A program made the position numbers and the translations under genes. From Schizochytrium sp. TIO01 (Eukaryota; Protista; Bigyra: Labyrinthulomycetes), in assembly GCA_004764695.1 (NCBI GenBank), contig SMSO01000014.1, forward strand, positions 5,342,845 through 5,406,844: 64,000 bases of DNA, read 5' to 3'. A model generated the notes under the pieces. That model was not told the DNA's origin. It was given only the letters and a program-made list of their open reading frames with translations, and ran no database searches. Shown one piece after another: positions 46,901-59,949 of this stretch. The number at the start of each line of letters is the position of its first letter. The stretch's first letter is position 1.

Positions 46901-47453
46901 CTTTAAAATAGAAAAATAATAATAAATGTGTCAAACTATCAGAAGTACTAAACGTTGAGTGCGACTTGGTACCGGATGGAGAATGGATTATTTGTTTCTG
47001 TTGCAAATATTTTGCGTCTTGATCAATTTGGTACTGTGATACAAACCATGATAATTAGACAATGTAAAAACAGTTCTTGACATACGTTCATGTCACTTGT
47101 GAGAGAAAGTTTTTGACAGAGGAGTTTGCGAGTGTTATCCTTAACATAGGTTTGCAGAGAGGCAAAGTCCTTATAAGTTAGTGTGCCATTGCTTAAAATT
47201 TTAAAATATTTTTTTCTATTACTAACAAATCATTTCAAGTATGAGAAACCATACTCTGTAAGCCATAAAACTTGTAAACACTGAAGACAGTTTCCTCAAG
47301 AAAACAATTAGTGACCTAACAAACCCCACTGGGATGGATGAAAATCAACGATTTCCGAGCAACCTTGATCAGCAAACCCCAAACTCCGGCGAAGACATTC
47401 GCCACATCTCAAAAACCTTTTAAGTGCCTTTAAAGGCTAAATATCTGTGCAAC

Positions 47454-49538
47454 ATGAACAACATGAGGAGCATCGTGAAAAACCCTGAGGGTAAAGTCGA
47501 GTCCGACATCTCAGGTCGCTTTGGCAGTGGAATCAGTGGAAATTCCCAGATTGAAGATGGCACTCTTAAGCCATTTGATGAAGAAGCCGAATTCCAACAT
47601 GCCATCGACTGGCGTGGCCAATTTACAGTTCGCGGCGCCATGGTTGGTGTCATTGTCGGCTTTGCCATGACTATCATTACTCTCAAGCTTAGTTTGACCA
47701 CCGGTGTGATCCCGTCCCTGAACATTTGTGCTGGTTTGCTTGGCTTCATTGGTGTCCGTTCCTGGGTTGGTATTATCTCTCGCTGGGTTTCCGATACTTA
47801 CAAGTTTACTCGCCAGGAGAACACCGTTATTCAAACTCTCGCCGTTGCTCAATACGGTACTGCGTGGATTCTTGGTTTTGGTTCCTACTACATTGCCATG
47901 GATGAGTCATCTTGGGAGAAGACCGGTGCTGATGCTGATCAAGAGAGCGAAATTGTGAACCCGCAATACAAGAACATCATTCCGTTTGCGTTTCTGGTTT
48001 GCTTTACTGGTATCTTTGTCCTCAACACTCTTCGCAAGACCTTCATCGTTGACATGAAGCTCACTTACCCATCCGGTACTGCAACTGCTGTCATGATTAA
48101 TCAATTCTTCACTGATGATGGCCAGGCTCTTGCGGAACGCCAGTTCGTCGTGTTTGGACGTTGGTTTGGAATCTCATTCTTCAAGGACTTCTTCTTTTGG
48201 TTTTTTGAGGGCGATGGCTCTTGTGGCATTGGAAACTTCCCTACCTTTGGTATGAAGGCTTACGACTGGGCATGGAGCTTTGATTTTGAAATTAACTACG
48301 TTGGTGTCGGTATGCTCTGTGGTCATGCGGTCAACTACTCAATGATGGTCGGTGCCGTCATGGGTTGGGGTATTATGTGGCCTGTTTTCACCCAAAAGGC
48401 TGGCGAGTGGTACCCTGCTGATGCTGGTAGCAGCAGTCTTGATGGTATTCTTGGTTACAAAGTCTTCCTCGCCATTGCCCTTATTATTGGCGACGGTATC
48501 TACAATGTTATCAAGATGGGTGTGCTTTCATACCAGAACTACAAGAACCACACTCGTGAAATTGAAGTCAAGGAAGAGTTTGAGACTGAGGAGGAAGAGC
48601 GCGAGGCCCGCCTTCGCCACCGTGTGTTTATGACCGACTCTGTCCCTTGGTGGGCTACCCTTGCCGGCTACATCTTCTTTGTCATCCTCGGTACTGCTGT
48701 GATGCCGGTTATCTTCCCTAGCACCCACTGGTTCATCCTCCTCGTTGCCTATCTTCTTATTCCCTTCTTTGCCCCGGCTAACGCCTACATTTGCGGTCTC
48801 ACTGATTGGGATATGTCTTCGACCTTCGGTAAGCTCGGTATCTTCATTTTTGCAATCTGGTCTGCTCAGGTTGACTCCAGCACTGGCATCATCTCCGGTC
48901 TTGCGACTTGTGGTATTCTTCTTGCGGGTACTTCTCAGGCCGCTACTCTGATGCAGGATTATAAGACTGGTTTTCTCACCCGTAGCAGCCCTCGCGCTAT
49001 GTTCATGGCTCAGATCTTCGGAACCCTCATTGGTTGCTTTCTCTCCCCGGCTGCCTTCTTTATCTTCTACAATGCCTTCGACGTTGGTGATGAGGATGGC
49101 GCATACCCTGCCCCGTACGGAGAAATCTACCGTGCCATGGCTATCCTCGGTACTGAAGGCTTTGGTGCTATGCCCGGTCACTGTGCTGCTATGATGCTTG
49201 CCTTCTTCCTCGCTGCCTTTGCAATGAACTTCACTCGCGATATGGCCCCCCGCTTTATGAGCGAGCGTGCCGCCTCCATTCTTGCCTTCGTCATTCCTAT
49301 TCCCGGTGTTATGTCGATTCCGTTTTATATCTCCGGCACTCTTGCTGTTGATATGGGCGTTGGCAGTTTGGTGAACCTCATTTGGAACTGGAAGGACCCG
49401 GAGAGCTTTCACAACTTCTACATCCCGGTCGCCTCTGGTCTCATTGCCGGTGATGGTATCTGGGCACTCCCCAGCGCTCTTCTTGCCCTCGGTGGCGCCA
49501 CCAGCCCTGTCTGCATGACCTGGTCTGCTAACTGGTAA
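47454..49538 (+). CDS. YSL: Yellow-stripe-like (YSL) transporter, OPT superfamily, copy 1
   Basis: Intronless, first ATG at 47454 (694 aa). YSL motifs: KLSLTTGVIPSLN, FTRQENTVIQT, LTYPSGTATAV, LMQDYKTGFLT.SSPRAMF.AQ..GT, PAPYG..YRAMAILG.EGF and ASGLIAGDGIW.LP. Confidence 0.95.
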   Translation: MNNMRSIVKNPEGKVESDISGRFGSGISGNSQIEDGTLKPFDEEAEFQHAIDWRGQFTVRGAMVGVIVGFAMTIITLKLSLTTGVIPSLNICAGLLGFIGVRSWVGIISRWVSDTYKFTRQENTVIQTLAVAQYGTAWILGFGSYYIAMDESSWEKTGADADQESEIVNPQYKNIIPFAFLVCFTGIFVLNTLRKTFIVDMKLTYPSGTATAVMINQFFTDDGQALAERQFVVFGRWFGISFFKDFFFWFFEGDGSCGIGNFPTFGMKAYDWAWSFDFEINYVGVGMLCGHAVNYSMMVGAVMGWGIMWPVFTQKAGEWYPADAGSSSLDGILGYKVFLAIALIIGDGIYNVIKMGVLSYQNYKNHTREIEVKEEFETEEEEREARLRHRVFMTDSVPWWATLAGYIFFVILGTAVMPVIFPSTHWFILLVAYLLIPFFAPANAYICGLTDWDMSSTFGKLGIFIFAIWSAQVDSSTGIISGLATCGILLAGTSQAATLMQDYKTGFLTRSSPRAMFMAQIFGTLIGCFLSPAAFFIFYNAFDVGDEDGAYPAPYGEIYRAMAILGTEGFGAMPGHCAAMMLAFFLAAFAMNFTRDMAPRFMSERAASILAFVIPIPGVMSIPFYISGTLAVDMGVGSLVNLIWNWKDPESFHNFYIPVASGLIAGDGIWALPSALLALGGATSPVCMTWSANW

Positions 49539-52500
49539 ACGTGTCCTATCACATGATGGTCTCTCAGGACACCTTCAATCGAGAAAAAACAAGCACGCAC
49601 GTTTTATGTCAGTCTCTTCTCGCATGCATACAATCCATCACAAAAACTATTGTTCTCCTTTCCTCGTCGTTTAGAATTGAGGATCTTATAACCATTTACA
49701 TCTTATGTTCTCCGTTTTGAAATCATCAGTCTATTTTCAATAATTCTTGACGCCTTTACGTGTTTTAAAATCAACTTTCGATGGTTTCGCTGATGTTCGC
49801 TGATGAAGGGTAGATTTGTTTACAGTATTTCAATTTTCGCTTTATCCTTTTAAACTCATCGCAAGTCGATGATCATCTCCATCTTTTATTTATTTTCTTG
49901 GCTTTTCTTGCTTTGTTCGGCCCATGGTTTTCAAATATGAATGCGACGTGTGGCGGTCACTTTTGACCATGTTCCAAACATTGCCTTACCCAGACCCAGA
50001 TGCCCACTTAGATTAGATAGTAGGTGAATTTGGTATTTAGCAGTGACATAAGAAAACGGAATGCTTACTGCTTGGTATGGTTGAATTAGTTTATAGAAGT
50101 AAGTGGGTAGATGATAAAGAGTGGTAGTTTAAGTTAGGTGGTTCCTTCTTCATGATGGATTGGCACTAACTTCGAAAAGGTTTATACACGGTATCTCTGC
50201 CATTGCATGCCAAAAGTTTGCTCCAAAGACTTGCAAATTTTGATTCGAAAATTTGCTGAAAGGCAAATTTACGTTTTGAACGCCGCCGTTGAGATAGTCA
50301 GAATACTCCCTGCTATGGTCCTGCTCTATTCCAGTTGCATATTCAATATAGCAAAAGCTGCGTTGAAAAGGAAGCCCTGCAATTTCTCACTAAAAATCGA
50401 ACAATCGAAAGATTAACGAAACTGGCAATCAATGTTACGGAAGCTCAATTATATGGCTTGGAGCCGAAAAATAGAGTTGACAGCGTAAATTTAAAATAAT
50501 ATATTGCGGTTGAAAGTACGAAACTGTTCTTTGTAAATTCTAATGTGTTTGGGTATAGTTTCCGTCGTGGTAAGAGTTATAAGTCTTCTCAAGTCTCAGA
50601 AAAAGGCAATATTGTAACGTATGGCTGTTGTTCTTTAATGTTGTTAGTAATTGATCAAAAGCTTTATTCAGTGGGGCACGAGGAAGGTGAAGTTAGGGAC
50701 AGTAGTTGACAGAAAGACCGTCGCGTATATTAGTCAAGCAATGAACTCAGATCGGATTCTCCATCAACCTGGCACGCGGAGTGCTGATTTATTCAAAGGT
50801 ACCTGCAACTTGAAAACATGTTCCGAACGGCCTGGGTACTACCGAAGTATCCCGCAACATGGCATGACTTAATTGCGAAGTCTTCCCTAGCTCGTCAGAG
50901 GATGGCAAGCCAGGCCCTGGCCCGACCGCTTGCGTCGGCTTGTTCAGGAACCTTTCCTTGCAGCCAACTCGCTTGGAGCGAATTCACTGACCTTTCTCAA
51001 ATCTGATCTCTGTGTCTTGGTATGATCAAATATGCATGTATTTACTTTTGCTCTCGGTAAAACTTTTGTTCCGGAGGCTTTTAAGACTTTTAGTAATTTA
51101 GTGCTGAAATTAGGAAAAAAGAACAATATTTTCATTTAAAACTCGATAATGAAAATGAAGTGCTCAAGAAGAATTATAGCTTTAACCCCTATATTGTATC
51201 TATAAACTCGACGCCAGCGATGAGGTCAAACTGCCTATGGTAGCAGCTCTTTAGATGGAGCTGGGCGATTAGGAGTTATCCACAAGGTGATAAGGAAGGG
51301 TAGGAATTGCATCACGCACCGGTGTAGGATAAATGCTGCAAGTTCTTACGTATGGTTTGGTGCTACCCTCTCCTTTTTCTTTTCTTTTTTAATGTTTATT
51401 TGAAAAATATTTTTATCATTGTCTGACTCGGAGAATTTAAAGATGAAGGACTGCCTTTATTTTAGCAGTGTGCATTATTGCGCGTAGAAAGAACTCATTG
51501 GCAATGCGAAGCATGACTCGAAAGCTTTGTTTTGGGGTAAATGAGGCCGAGAACGTTGCAACCCTTGCAATTCAATTCTTTTGTTCCGTGGTGTTTATCT
51601 ACCTCTTAGTCTGGTAAAATGAATAGGTCTAAACACTCTGCAATGGATGCGCAGCTACCCCTACCTAGAACGCGGCCCATCTTGATCAGAAATACGAAGA
51701 CTACGAACATATTGTGTTTGGTAATTTTATTTTTTGTTTATATTAGTAGTAGTATTACCTACCTTGGAACTCCCTTGCTCTGTACGGCATCTTCTTTGTA
51801 TTAATAATTGTAGCACTTCAACTTTCCTTCCTAAAACTTAGATTTTCTCTGGGCCCATACATACTGCTACTACATAACCATTGGCGCAATCGAGAGTGAC
51901 TTGCAATCGCTTTACTAGGCTTATATCCAAGATGATTGCTGTGCTTACGGATACAACCTTGCCAAAGAGGGAAAGGAAAACACCTCCAAAACATCATTGT
52001 CAAAAGTGTTACCATTATATAATGGGGAAAGCAGAAGCAGACTATCGTTTGACACAGCAGCGTCGCCGATTTGCAGGGTGCTGGGTGCGCTCTGGGGTGT
52101 CTGTCACCGCCGTGTGTATTATTCCTCACAGCTGTGTATGTTCCTTACAGCTCCTAGCATTGAGTCGAACGAGCATAGGAAACAACCTAAATGTGGAGGA
52201 TACTCACCATGCTTTGAGTACACTTAATAGTTTTATGACGGATACAAAAGAAGCTGATTTAGGGCCTTGACCTGAGTTCATCTCCTTGGACTATCCATCC
52301 GCCCATGATAGTGAAGGATTAAAGGATACATCATCGGGGTACACAGAAAAGTGAATTTTAAGAGAGAGAAAGAAGGAAAGTTTTCTTTTAACCACTTATA
52401 TTATTTGTATTTCATGTTCTTTTTCTATTTGTTTTCCATCATGATTAAAAAAGATCAATTATAAATAATAATAAAAGATTAGACTTGGAACTTACTATCC

Positions 52501-54092
52501 TATGCTGCCTAGGTATGGTGTGACTGAGAATTTTGGCGATACCTAATCCGCCTCCACCGTTTAAGTTGTACCTGTACGTGAGGCAGAAGGGAAGCCTCGA
52601 CCGATATAACCTTTATCAGAGCGCTATGGCCAGAAATCTACAATGATCACCCCAAATGATTAAATTAAGATAGTTTTATCTCAGGGCTACAGCTTTGGCT
52701 GTCTGACCAGTATTGGGTTGATTTATGATTGCCATGCCCCATACGACAAATTCACATTAGATGTGTGGGGTCTGTAGTGTTGAATAGTAACATACGACGT
52801 TCATATAGGTTGAACTATAGTTCTTCTAACACCCCCTACCCTCCTGGCCATCATGTTATTTTTGCCACATAAAGGATCAAGGGGGGGGTATACAGTTTAC
52901 TTCTACAGAGGTACCACATTATCTGAAACTAGCGGGTTTCTCACATTCAGCGCACCCGACGAACACGTGCGAAGCTGAGTTGTCTGTTTTTCCCAATCAT
53001 TACAATAATGAAATTTTATCAAGGCAGTAATACTTGCCGCCTTAGATGGGGCCGAAGAAAGAGAAAGGAGGAGAGAATCAAATCTTTGATCAACGCTACC
53101 ATTCGTCTTTCCTCAAAATGAGCACGAGGTGTTTTCTTCTGCGGACTGTAGGCACTTCGCGCATAGAAAGAGCTTTTTTGGTAAGTAGGAAGGCTTGAAA
53201 GGACCATAGGAAAAAGCCTTCCAAATGTGAGACCACACAAATTGTCGTAAACTGTTTGCTTTGATACCCTGAACTAGGTATAGCCTAAGCGCCTCTACAA
53301 GGTCACCATTCTGCGATGTCATTGATTTCGGTTTTAATCCAAGTAGGCAAACACTCAGTGAGACCAGTGGATGAGGGATATTGCCACTTATCACCTGATT
53401 TTGCCTGTCAGCGACTTATTTAAATGGTTTCAAAAAAGACAACGCGACATTCACATATCTAGTAAAACCTAAAAATCAATAGCGCTTATCTTACTTTTTA
53501 TAGCACTCGTTCTAATCAGAGCCACTGGATTGCTACTTCAGAGTAACATGATTGAAACACTACACGTCATCGTCGCCCTATGGACCTTTAGTGCATGGTT
53601 CTTCAAATGAATCAATTGCGTATGGCGCGACTATCCAAATTATCCCGATTTCGTCGGAACCCTCTTTTATTACGTTTCTTAATTTCTCGATGGTTCATAC
53701 TATTCCTATGGAAACTGGAACCGATATCGTATCCGTCTCATACGAGACTACATCTTTGAAAATCTCTTTGTGGAATAAATCCTTTTATTTACTTGTGCTA
53801 AGGAGTCTATAAGCAAACAATTCCTCCTACTCAAGTTGTTGACATACCGTGTTTTTCTAACTATCTGCTGCGGAATTCGAGAGATGGAAAGCCTGTGTAA
53901 TGGAAACTCAACCTGCATTTTGGTTTCTCTCAATCCCTCAGCGTTGCGCCCGTTTGCCGAGCTAATACAGGCTTTCCACGTCGAACAACAAGTTTTCAGT
54001 TTATTAGTTTATTATCCATTTTTGTATGATGACTGTCTTTTACAAATAATAATGAATTATTACTATGATTTTTTTAATTTTTTAAAAAAAAG

Positions 54093-54099
54093 TATATAT

Positions 54100-54133
<34 letters not shown>
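54093..54133. repeat. (TA)n microsatellite, imperfect
   Basis: Direct observation. Confidence 0.9.
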
Positions 54134-54138
<5 letters not shown>

Positions 54139-55949
54139 CAAACGTTGCTGGAGAAAGGATAAGGTTTCGTTCGAAGTCTGTAGATAAGTCTATTTTCATC
54201 CAAATCTTGACTCGTGCTTGCAACTAGGTCACAATGAGATATTGTTCGTAGACATCCAACTTCCTCTCAAGCTATATCGATACATTAACATCAAGCAAAG
54301 AAGATGACTCTCTCCTAACTCTCTCCATCCCAATCGTAGTCTCACTGCTTCTTACTTTTTAATGTCTATCTACTCATAATTTTACTATTTTTTTAATTTA
54401 TTTTTTTGCCATTAAAAACTATTATAGTTTATTTCCAGCTGAAAACTTCGATCATGCCCAAAATGGATCCTAGGTAACCATTAGTTTATAGCACTTAAGA
54501 CTACATATAACTGAAAATTTTAAGGCACGGAAGAGAACAAGGTCGTCGACTCCGAGTTTCCTGCAATGTAAATGCGAAATCAAACTAATAATTGTGGCAT
54601 GGATGAACTTACTATCACAAGAACATGATTTCTTTTAGAGCGCACAGTAAAATTAACAAAAGTAATTTATTGAAAAATACTTAATTAAAAAACGAATTCT
54701 TGTTTCATTTTTTAAAATAAATAGAACAATAATAATATTTTAAAATTAAAATAAATGCTAAAAGGCAATTAGATTGATACTTACTACTCAGAAAAGCCCA
54801 TATGAAACTTCCAGAAGCGAAGAGCTCAATAACTTCACCAACTAAAGCTTAGCAATCTTTTCAAAGTTAATGTTCCCTAGGGGAATGTAAAGGATTGCGC
54901 GTTTGGTCTGTCAAAGCGTTTCCCTTTGTTCTTTTACACTTTTTTAGTCTAGCGTTTCAAGAAGAGGTCGAAGAATCGGAACTGTGACTGTCTTCGGTCG
55001 AAAAGACCATGAAAGAAACAGAGGTTTGGGACACTGCCGCATGCCCAGGGTTGGAGATAGAATGACCAGGCTAACTAAAGTAAGCATGACATGTAGCTGC
55101 GCCCTAGAGAAATTAAGTAGCCTCCCTCGTGATTGTTTCCAGGATATAAGTGAAGATAGGCTCATAACATCCATGATAAACGACCAAGCTGCCCATCACG
55201 GTATGAATTGATTAATAGTAACCCAGCGCAAAGTCGCAATTGTTCAGGGGAATAACATCGAAATGAAAGGGGGGTTCAACCACGTGAAGACAAATGATCG
55301 TCTTCCTCTAAGTTTGCGATGGTTTGAGTTGAGGTTGGCTGCACGTAAAGAACAGTGATCGAAAACCCAAATTCATTTCTTCTTCTGCTCTTATTTTAAA
55401 TTTTCAAAATTCAATTTAAAAAAATAAAAATAAGAAGAAAGTAAGAGCTTTGTCTGACAAAATCATGGCCGTCAGTTAAGACAAGACACAACTCAATATG
55501 AGAGATGTTCAAGGAAAAAATAAACCAGAAAATCAAAGAATAGAAACACACGAGGGCGGTAAGAGAGCGAAAAGGCACCTCCACTACGTAGACAACGACT
55601 TGATGAAAACAGGTGAGAGGATAGCATTGTTCCGCAGTGTACTCTCTCTGTTGCAAATAAAAGAAGGTAACACTCTAAAGCGCACTGGATGCGTGTTCTC
55701 TTTTAAAAGTTTTGGTCCATTTGAAGAAAAGCACAGGAAGCAACTGTACTACAGACGCAAAGCATAGCTAGCAACAAAGACGCTAACAAATTGGGAAAGA
55801 CAGCATTTGCAAGTTCTTGCTAACCCAAATCCAAAACCCAAACTCGAAACCCCGACTCCAGCTTGCTCGACTACCAGTCGTGGTTCTAGCCATATTAAAA
55901 AAATAACCCTTTGTGCAGCTTGCCTGCACTCTTTAAGGCTGACAAAACT

Positions 55950-58037
55950 ATGAATATGAATAAAGGTATCATCAACAATCCCCTGGGTAGGGTTGAGTCT
56001 GACATCTCACATAAAACAGATCCATTTCTACCTGAGGCAAGTGAAGCAGAGCAAGGTCTTGCGCAGCCCTATGATGAAGAAGCTGAGTTTCAGCACGCCA
56101 TTGATTGGCGAGGCCAGTTTACTTTGCGTGGAGCTTGTGTTGGTGTCATCGTCGGCTTTGCGATGACTATTATCACTCTCAAGCTCAGTCTTACCTCTGG
56201 TATTATCCCATCATTAAACATTTGCGCTGGATTGCTTGGTTTCATCGGTGTCCGTTCATTTGTGGCCATTATCTCTCGATGGGTTTCAGAGACATACAAG
56301 TTTACTCGTCAGGAGAACACTGTTATTCAAACCCTTGCTGTTGCTCAATACGGCACTGCGTGGATTCTTGGTTTTGGTACCTACTACATTGCCATGGATG
56401 AACAGTCTTGGCTCCTTTCTGGTGCCGACCCTGATCAAGAGAGCGAAATTGTGAACCCGCAATACAAGAATATCATCCCGTTTGCTTTTCTTGTTTGCTT
56501 TACTGGTATTTTCGTTCTCAACACTCTTCGCAAGAACTTCATCGTTGACATGAAGCTTACTTACCCATCCGGTACTGCAACTGCTGTAATGATCAACCAA
56601 TTCTTCACGGAAGATGGTTCAGATTTAGCTCACAGGCAGTTCGTTGTGTTTGGGCGCTGGTTTAGTATTTCCTTCATCAAGGACTTTTTCAACTGGTTTT
56701 TCATGGGCAATGGCTCTTGTGGTCTTGACATCTTCCCGGTTTTCGGAATGACGGCTTATGATGCTTCCTGGAGTTTTGACTTTGAAATCAATTATATTGG
56801 TGTCGGAATGCTTTGTGGCCATGCGGTCAACTACTCAATGATGCTCGGTGCTATCTTGGGTTGGGGTATTATGTGGCCTGTTTTCACCCAAAAGGCTGGC
56901 GAGTGGTACCCTGCTGATGGTGCTAGTAGTCTAAATGGTCTTCTTGGTTACAAAGTCTTCCTCGCCATTGCTCTTATTATTGGTGATGGTGTCTACAATG
57001 TTATCAAGATGGGTGTGCTTTCATACCAAAACTACAAGCAACACATTTCCCGTGAAGAAAAGCTTGATCAGGAGACCTTTGAGTCTGAGGAGGAAGAGCG
57101 CGAGGCCCGCCTTCGCCACCGTGTATTTATGACCGACTCTGTCCCTTGGTGGGCTACCCTTGCCGGCTACATCTTCTTTGTCATCCTCGGTACTGCTGTG
57201 ATGCCGGTTATCTTCCCTAGCACCCACTGGTTCATCCTCCTCGTTGCTTATCTTCTTATTCCTATCTTTGCCCCGGCTAACGCCTACATTTGCGGTCTCA
57301 CTGATTGGGATATGTCTTCGACCTTCGGTAAGCTCGGTATCTTCATTTTTGCAATCTGGTCTGCTCAGGTTGACTCCAGCACTGGCATCATCTCCGGTCT
57401 TGCGACTTGTGGTATTCTTCTTGCGGGTACTTCTCAGGCCGCTACTCTGATGCAGGATTATAAGACTGGTTTTCTCACCCGTAGCAGCCCGCGCGCTATG
57501 TTCATGGCTCAGATCTTCGGAACCCTCATTGGTTGCTTTCTCTCCCCGGCTGCCTTCTTCATCTTTTGGGATGCTTTTGATATTGGCGCCAAGGATGGTC
57601 TTTATGAAGCTCCTTATGGTGTTATTTACCGTGCCATGGCTATTCTTGGTACCGAAGGCTTTGGTTCTATGCCCCAACATTGTCCTGGATTGATGCTTGC
57701 CTTCTTCCTCGCTGCCATTGCCATGAATCTTATTCGCGACTTGGTGCCCCGTTGGCTTGGTGAGCGTGCCACTTCAATTGTACAATTTATCATTCCTATT
57801 CCTGGTGTTATGTCGATTCCGTTTTATCTTTCCGGCACTCTTGCTGTCGATATGGGCGTTGGTAGTTTGGTGAACCTTATTTGGAACCACTACTCTTCTC
57901 AAAGCTTTCACAACTTCTACATTCCGGTTGCATCTGGTCTCATCGCTGGAGATGGTTTGTGGGCACTTCCCAGCGCTCTCCTCGCTCTTGGAGGTGCCAC
58001 TAGCCCGGTTTGCATGAATTTCACCTCTAACTGGTAA
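55950..58037 (+). CDS. YSL: Yellow-stripe-like (YSL) transporter, OPT superfamily, copy 2 (tandem paralog)
   Basis: First ATG at 55950 (695 aa). Colinear with copy 1 and carries the same YSL motifs. Confidence 0.95.
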   Translation: MNMNKGIINNPLGRVESDISHKTDPFLPEASEAEQGLAQPYDEEAEFQHAIDWRGQFTLRGACVGVIVGFAMTIITLKLSLTSGIIPSLNICAGLLGFIGVRSFVAIISRWVSETYKFTRQENTVIQTLAVAQYGTAWILGFGTYYIAMDEQSWLLSGADPDQESEIVNPQYKNIIPFAFLVCFTGIFVLNTLRKNFIVDMKLTYPSGTATAVMINQFFTEDGSDLAHRQFVVFGRWFSISFIKDFFNWFFMGNGSCGLDIFPVFGMTAYDASWSFDFEINYIGVGMLCGHAVNYSMMLGAILGWGIMWPVFTQKAGEWYPADGASSLNGLLGYKVFLAIALIIGDGVYNVIKMGVLSYQNYKQHISREEKLDQETFESEEEEREARLRHRVFMTDSVPWWATLAGYIFFVILGTAVMPVIFPSTHWFILLVAYLLIPIFAPANAYICGLTDWDMSSTFGKLGIFIFAIWSAQVDSSTGIISGLATCGILLAGTSQAATLMQDYKTGFLTRSSPRAMFMAQIFGTLIGCFLSPAAFFIFWDAFDIGAKDGLYEAPYGVIYRAMAILGTEGFGSMPQHCPGLMLAFFLAAIAMNLIRDLVPRWLGERATSIVQFIIPIPGVMSIPFYLSGTLAVDMGVGSLVNLIWNHYSSQSFHNFYIPVASGLIAGDGLWALPSALLALGGATSPVCMNFTSNW

Positions 58038-59918
58038 GCAAGAGAACCTTTTTTAAAAGCCTTTCTCAAGCAGGGACGTATTTCACGCATGCAACCTACT
58101 CGAGGTTGCTTCTTTCTGCATACAATTCTAATTTACGATTTTCCTAGCTGTTCTTATAATTCAACAACGTTTTGGAACTTCGCAAGCTACTACGACATTT
58201 AATTTTAAAAGTTACGTTTTCATTTGTTCAACTTCTCTTGTCTTTTCATCTTGTTGCCTCGCTTGTCAAGATCGCCATCTAGCTGAATATTTTGTTCACA
58301 TTATAGGTTTCTAAAAGAAAACTGGATTTCTCTACCCTGGGAAATCAAACGAGATTTATCATCCTCACAAACGATTATCATGATATTCCAATGTTCATAG
58401 ATACAATTTAGCATGTTGGGATTTTTACTGAGCTGCCAATCTATTCACAATGACAATGATTCGATTTCGAAAAGCTCAATACCTGCAAGATAGCTTACGT
58501 TGAAGCTGGGTACACTGGATGCAACTCCTAATTCCCCAAACAGTGCCAGGATACATTTCTAGGGTGTTTCTGAATGCAATTATATACACGGCGACGGATA
58601 CGGAAACTTCAGGAAAGTTCTGTCAAACTGGCTTAACGCCTACAACTTATGCCTGTAGTGTTACAAAGGGTATAAGTTAAATCTCTTTTGCTGAGGCACA
58701 TTCTTTTCCAAGCGAGCTCCTAACCTCACGATTCTGCAAATTCTTTATTTCGGATATTAGTTTACGATATGATATGTCCAAATTCGTATGCCTTATGCCA
58801 ATATTTGTTTTTATTTCTTTTCGTTTCCAGTGCATTAGTTTAAATGAATACATTAACAGTGTAAGGCCGACTCGAGTTCTGCCATTCAGATTGGTGTCTT
58901 TGAGTTGTATTTATAGAACGAACAATCTTTGCAAATTCCTGATAACTTTTGGCGTGGATTAATACTCCATGTGCCATTAAATACTCCTCTTGTTTCACTT
59001 GCATCCTTGCCGGGGAAGTAACCCGCTCAAAGTGTGTACCCTCTGTTTTCATATACATGGTGTCGCTTCGGGAACCCGCAATGCGAAGATTAGTTCTTTG
59101 AAAAAGTCATTTCCCCCTTTCGCAAAAAAAAAAAGAAAAAGGACTGCATCTACACAAAACCTAGGATAGATGGTAGGTATCCTTCATATCCATGACAATA
59201 GATAGCCTTTTAACTGGCCTTTGAGAATGACCTTCCAATTAAATAAGCTGGTGATCTGTCAAACTCCAGACTCTATCCAAGTCTTGATTATCAATTGAAC
59301 CTATGATAGTAGTCAGCGTGCGTAATACTAATTGCTTCCTAATTAAAGTCTGATCGGTAGTTCCTTTGTTGAATAGAATTTTAAAATAAAATTGTTCTAG
59401 AGAGTATATATATATTTTTTTTTGTTTTTTTGTTTTTTTGTTTTTATAAGTGCGTAGGATCAGACAAAATCATTCTGTCTTATTAATGTATTAATGTATT
59501 AACTTATCAATTATAATAATTATTATTATTGAAATAGCTTCTTAAAAAATAAAAAGGGAAAAAGAAAAAAAGTTCAAATTACCCATAAGTTTTCCCGACA
59601 GGGTTTTGGTGATTTGGTGAACGCCCCAAAAACAGAAACAGCAAAATAGATTTCGCACTCTGCAACTGAGGAAGGCTTAATGCAGCAAATTATTCCAGGT
59701 GAAAATATCGTTTCATGATAAAAACTAACCATATCTGTATACTAAAAGACGAATACCAAGTAGTTTCTTCTTGACCCAAGAAAAAAAAGGTTGCTTCTTA
59801 TTTATTTATTGCTTAAATAAATAGTTATTTTTGCTTCTAATATACTAATATATTTCATTTCAATTTTATAGCATTAAGCATAACTATTATTATTTATTCT
59901 TGCCAAAAAATGACCTTG

Positions 59919-59944
<26 letters not shown>
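59919..59944. repeat. Poly(A) tract (~26 nt)
   Basis: Direct observation, at an AT-rich to GC-rich boundary. Confidence 0.9.

Positions 59945-59949
<5 letters not shown>

Noticed and set aside
50900-50945. Nested inverted repeats suggesting a structured ncRNA
   Set aside because: Short stems compatible with chance, and no tRNA, snRNA or riboswitch consensus.
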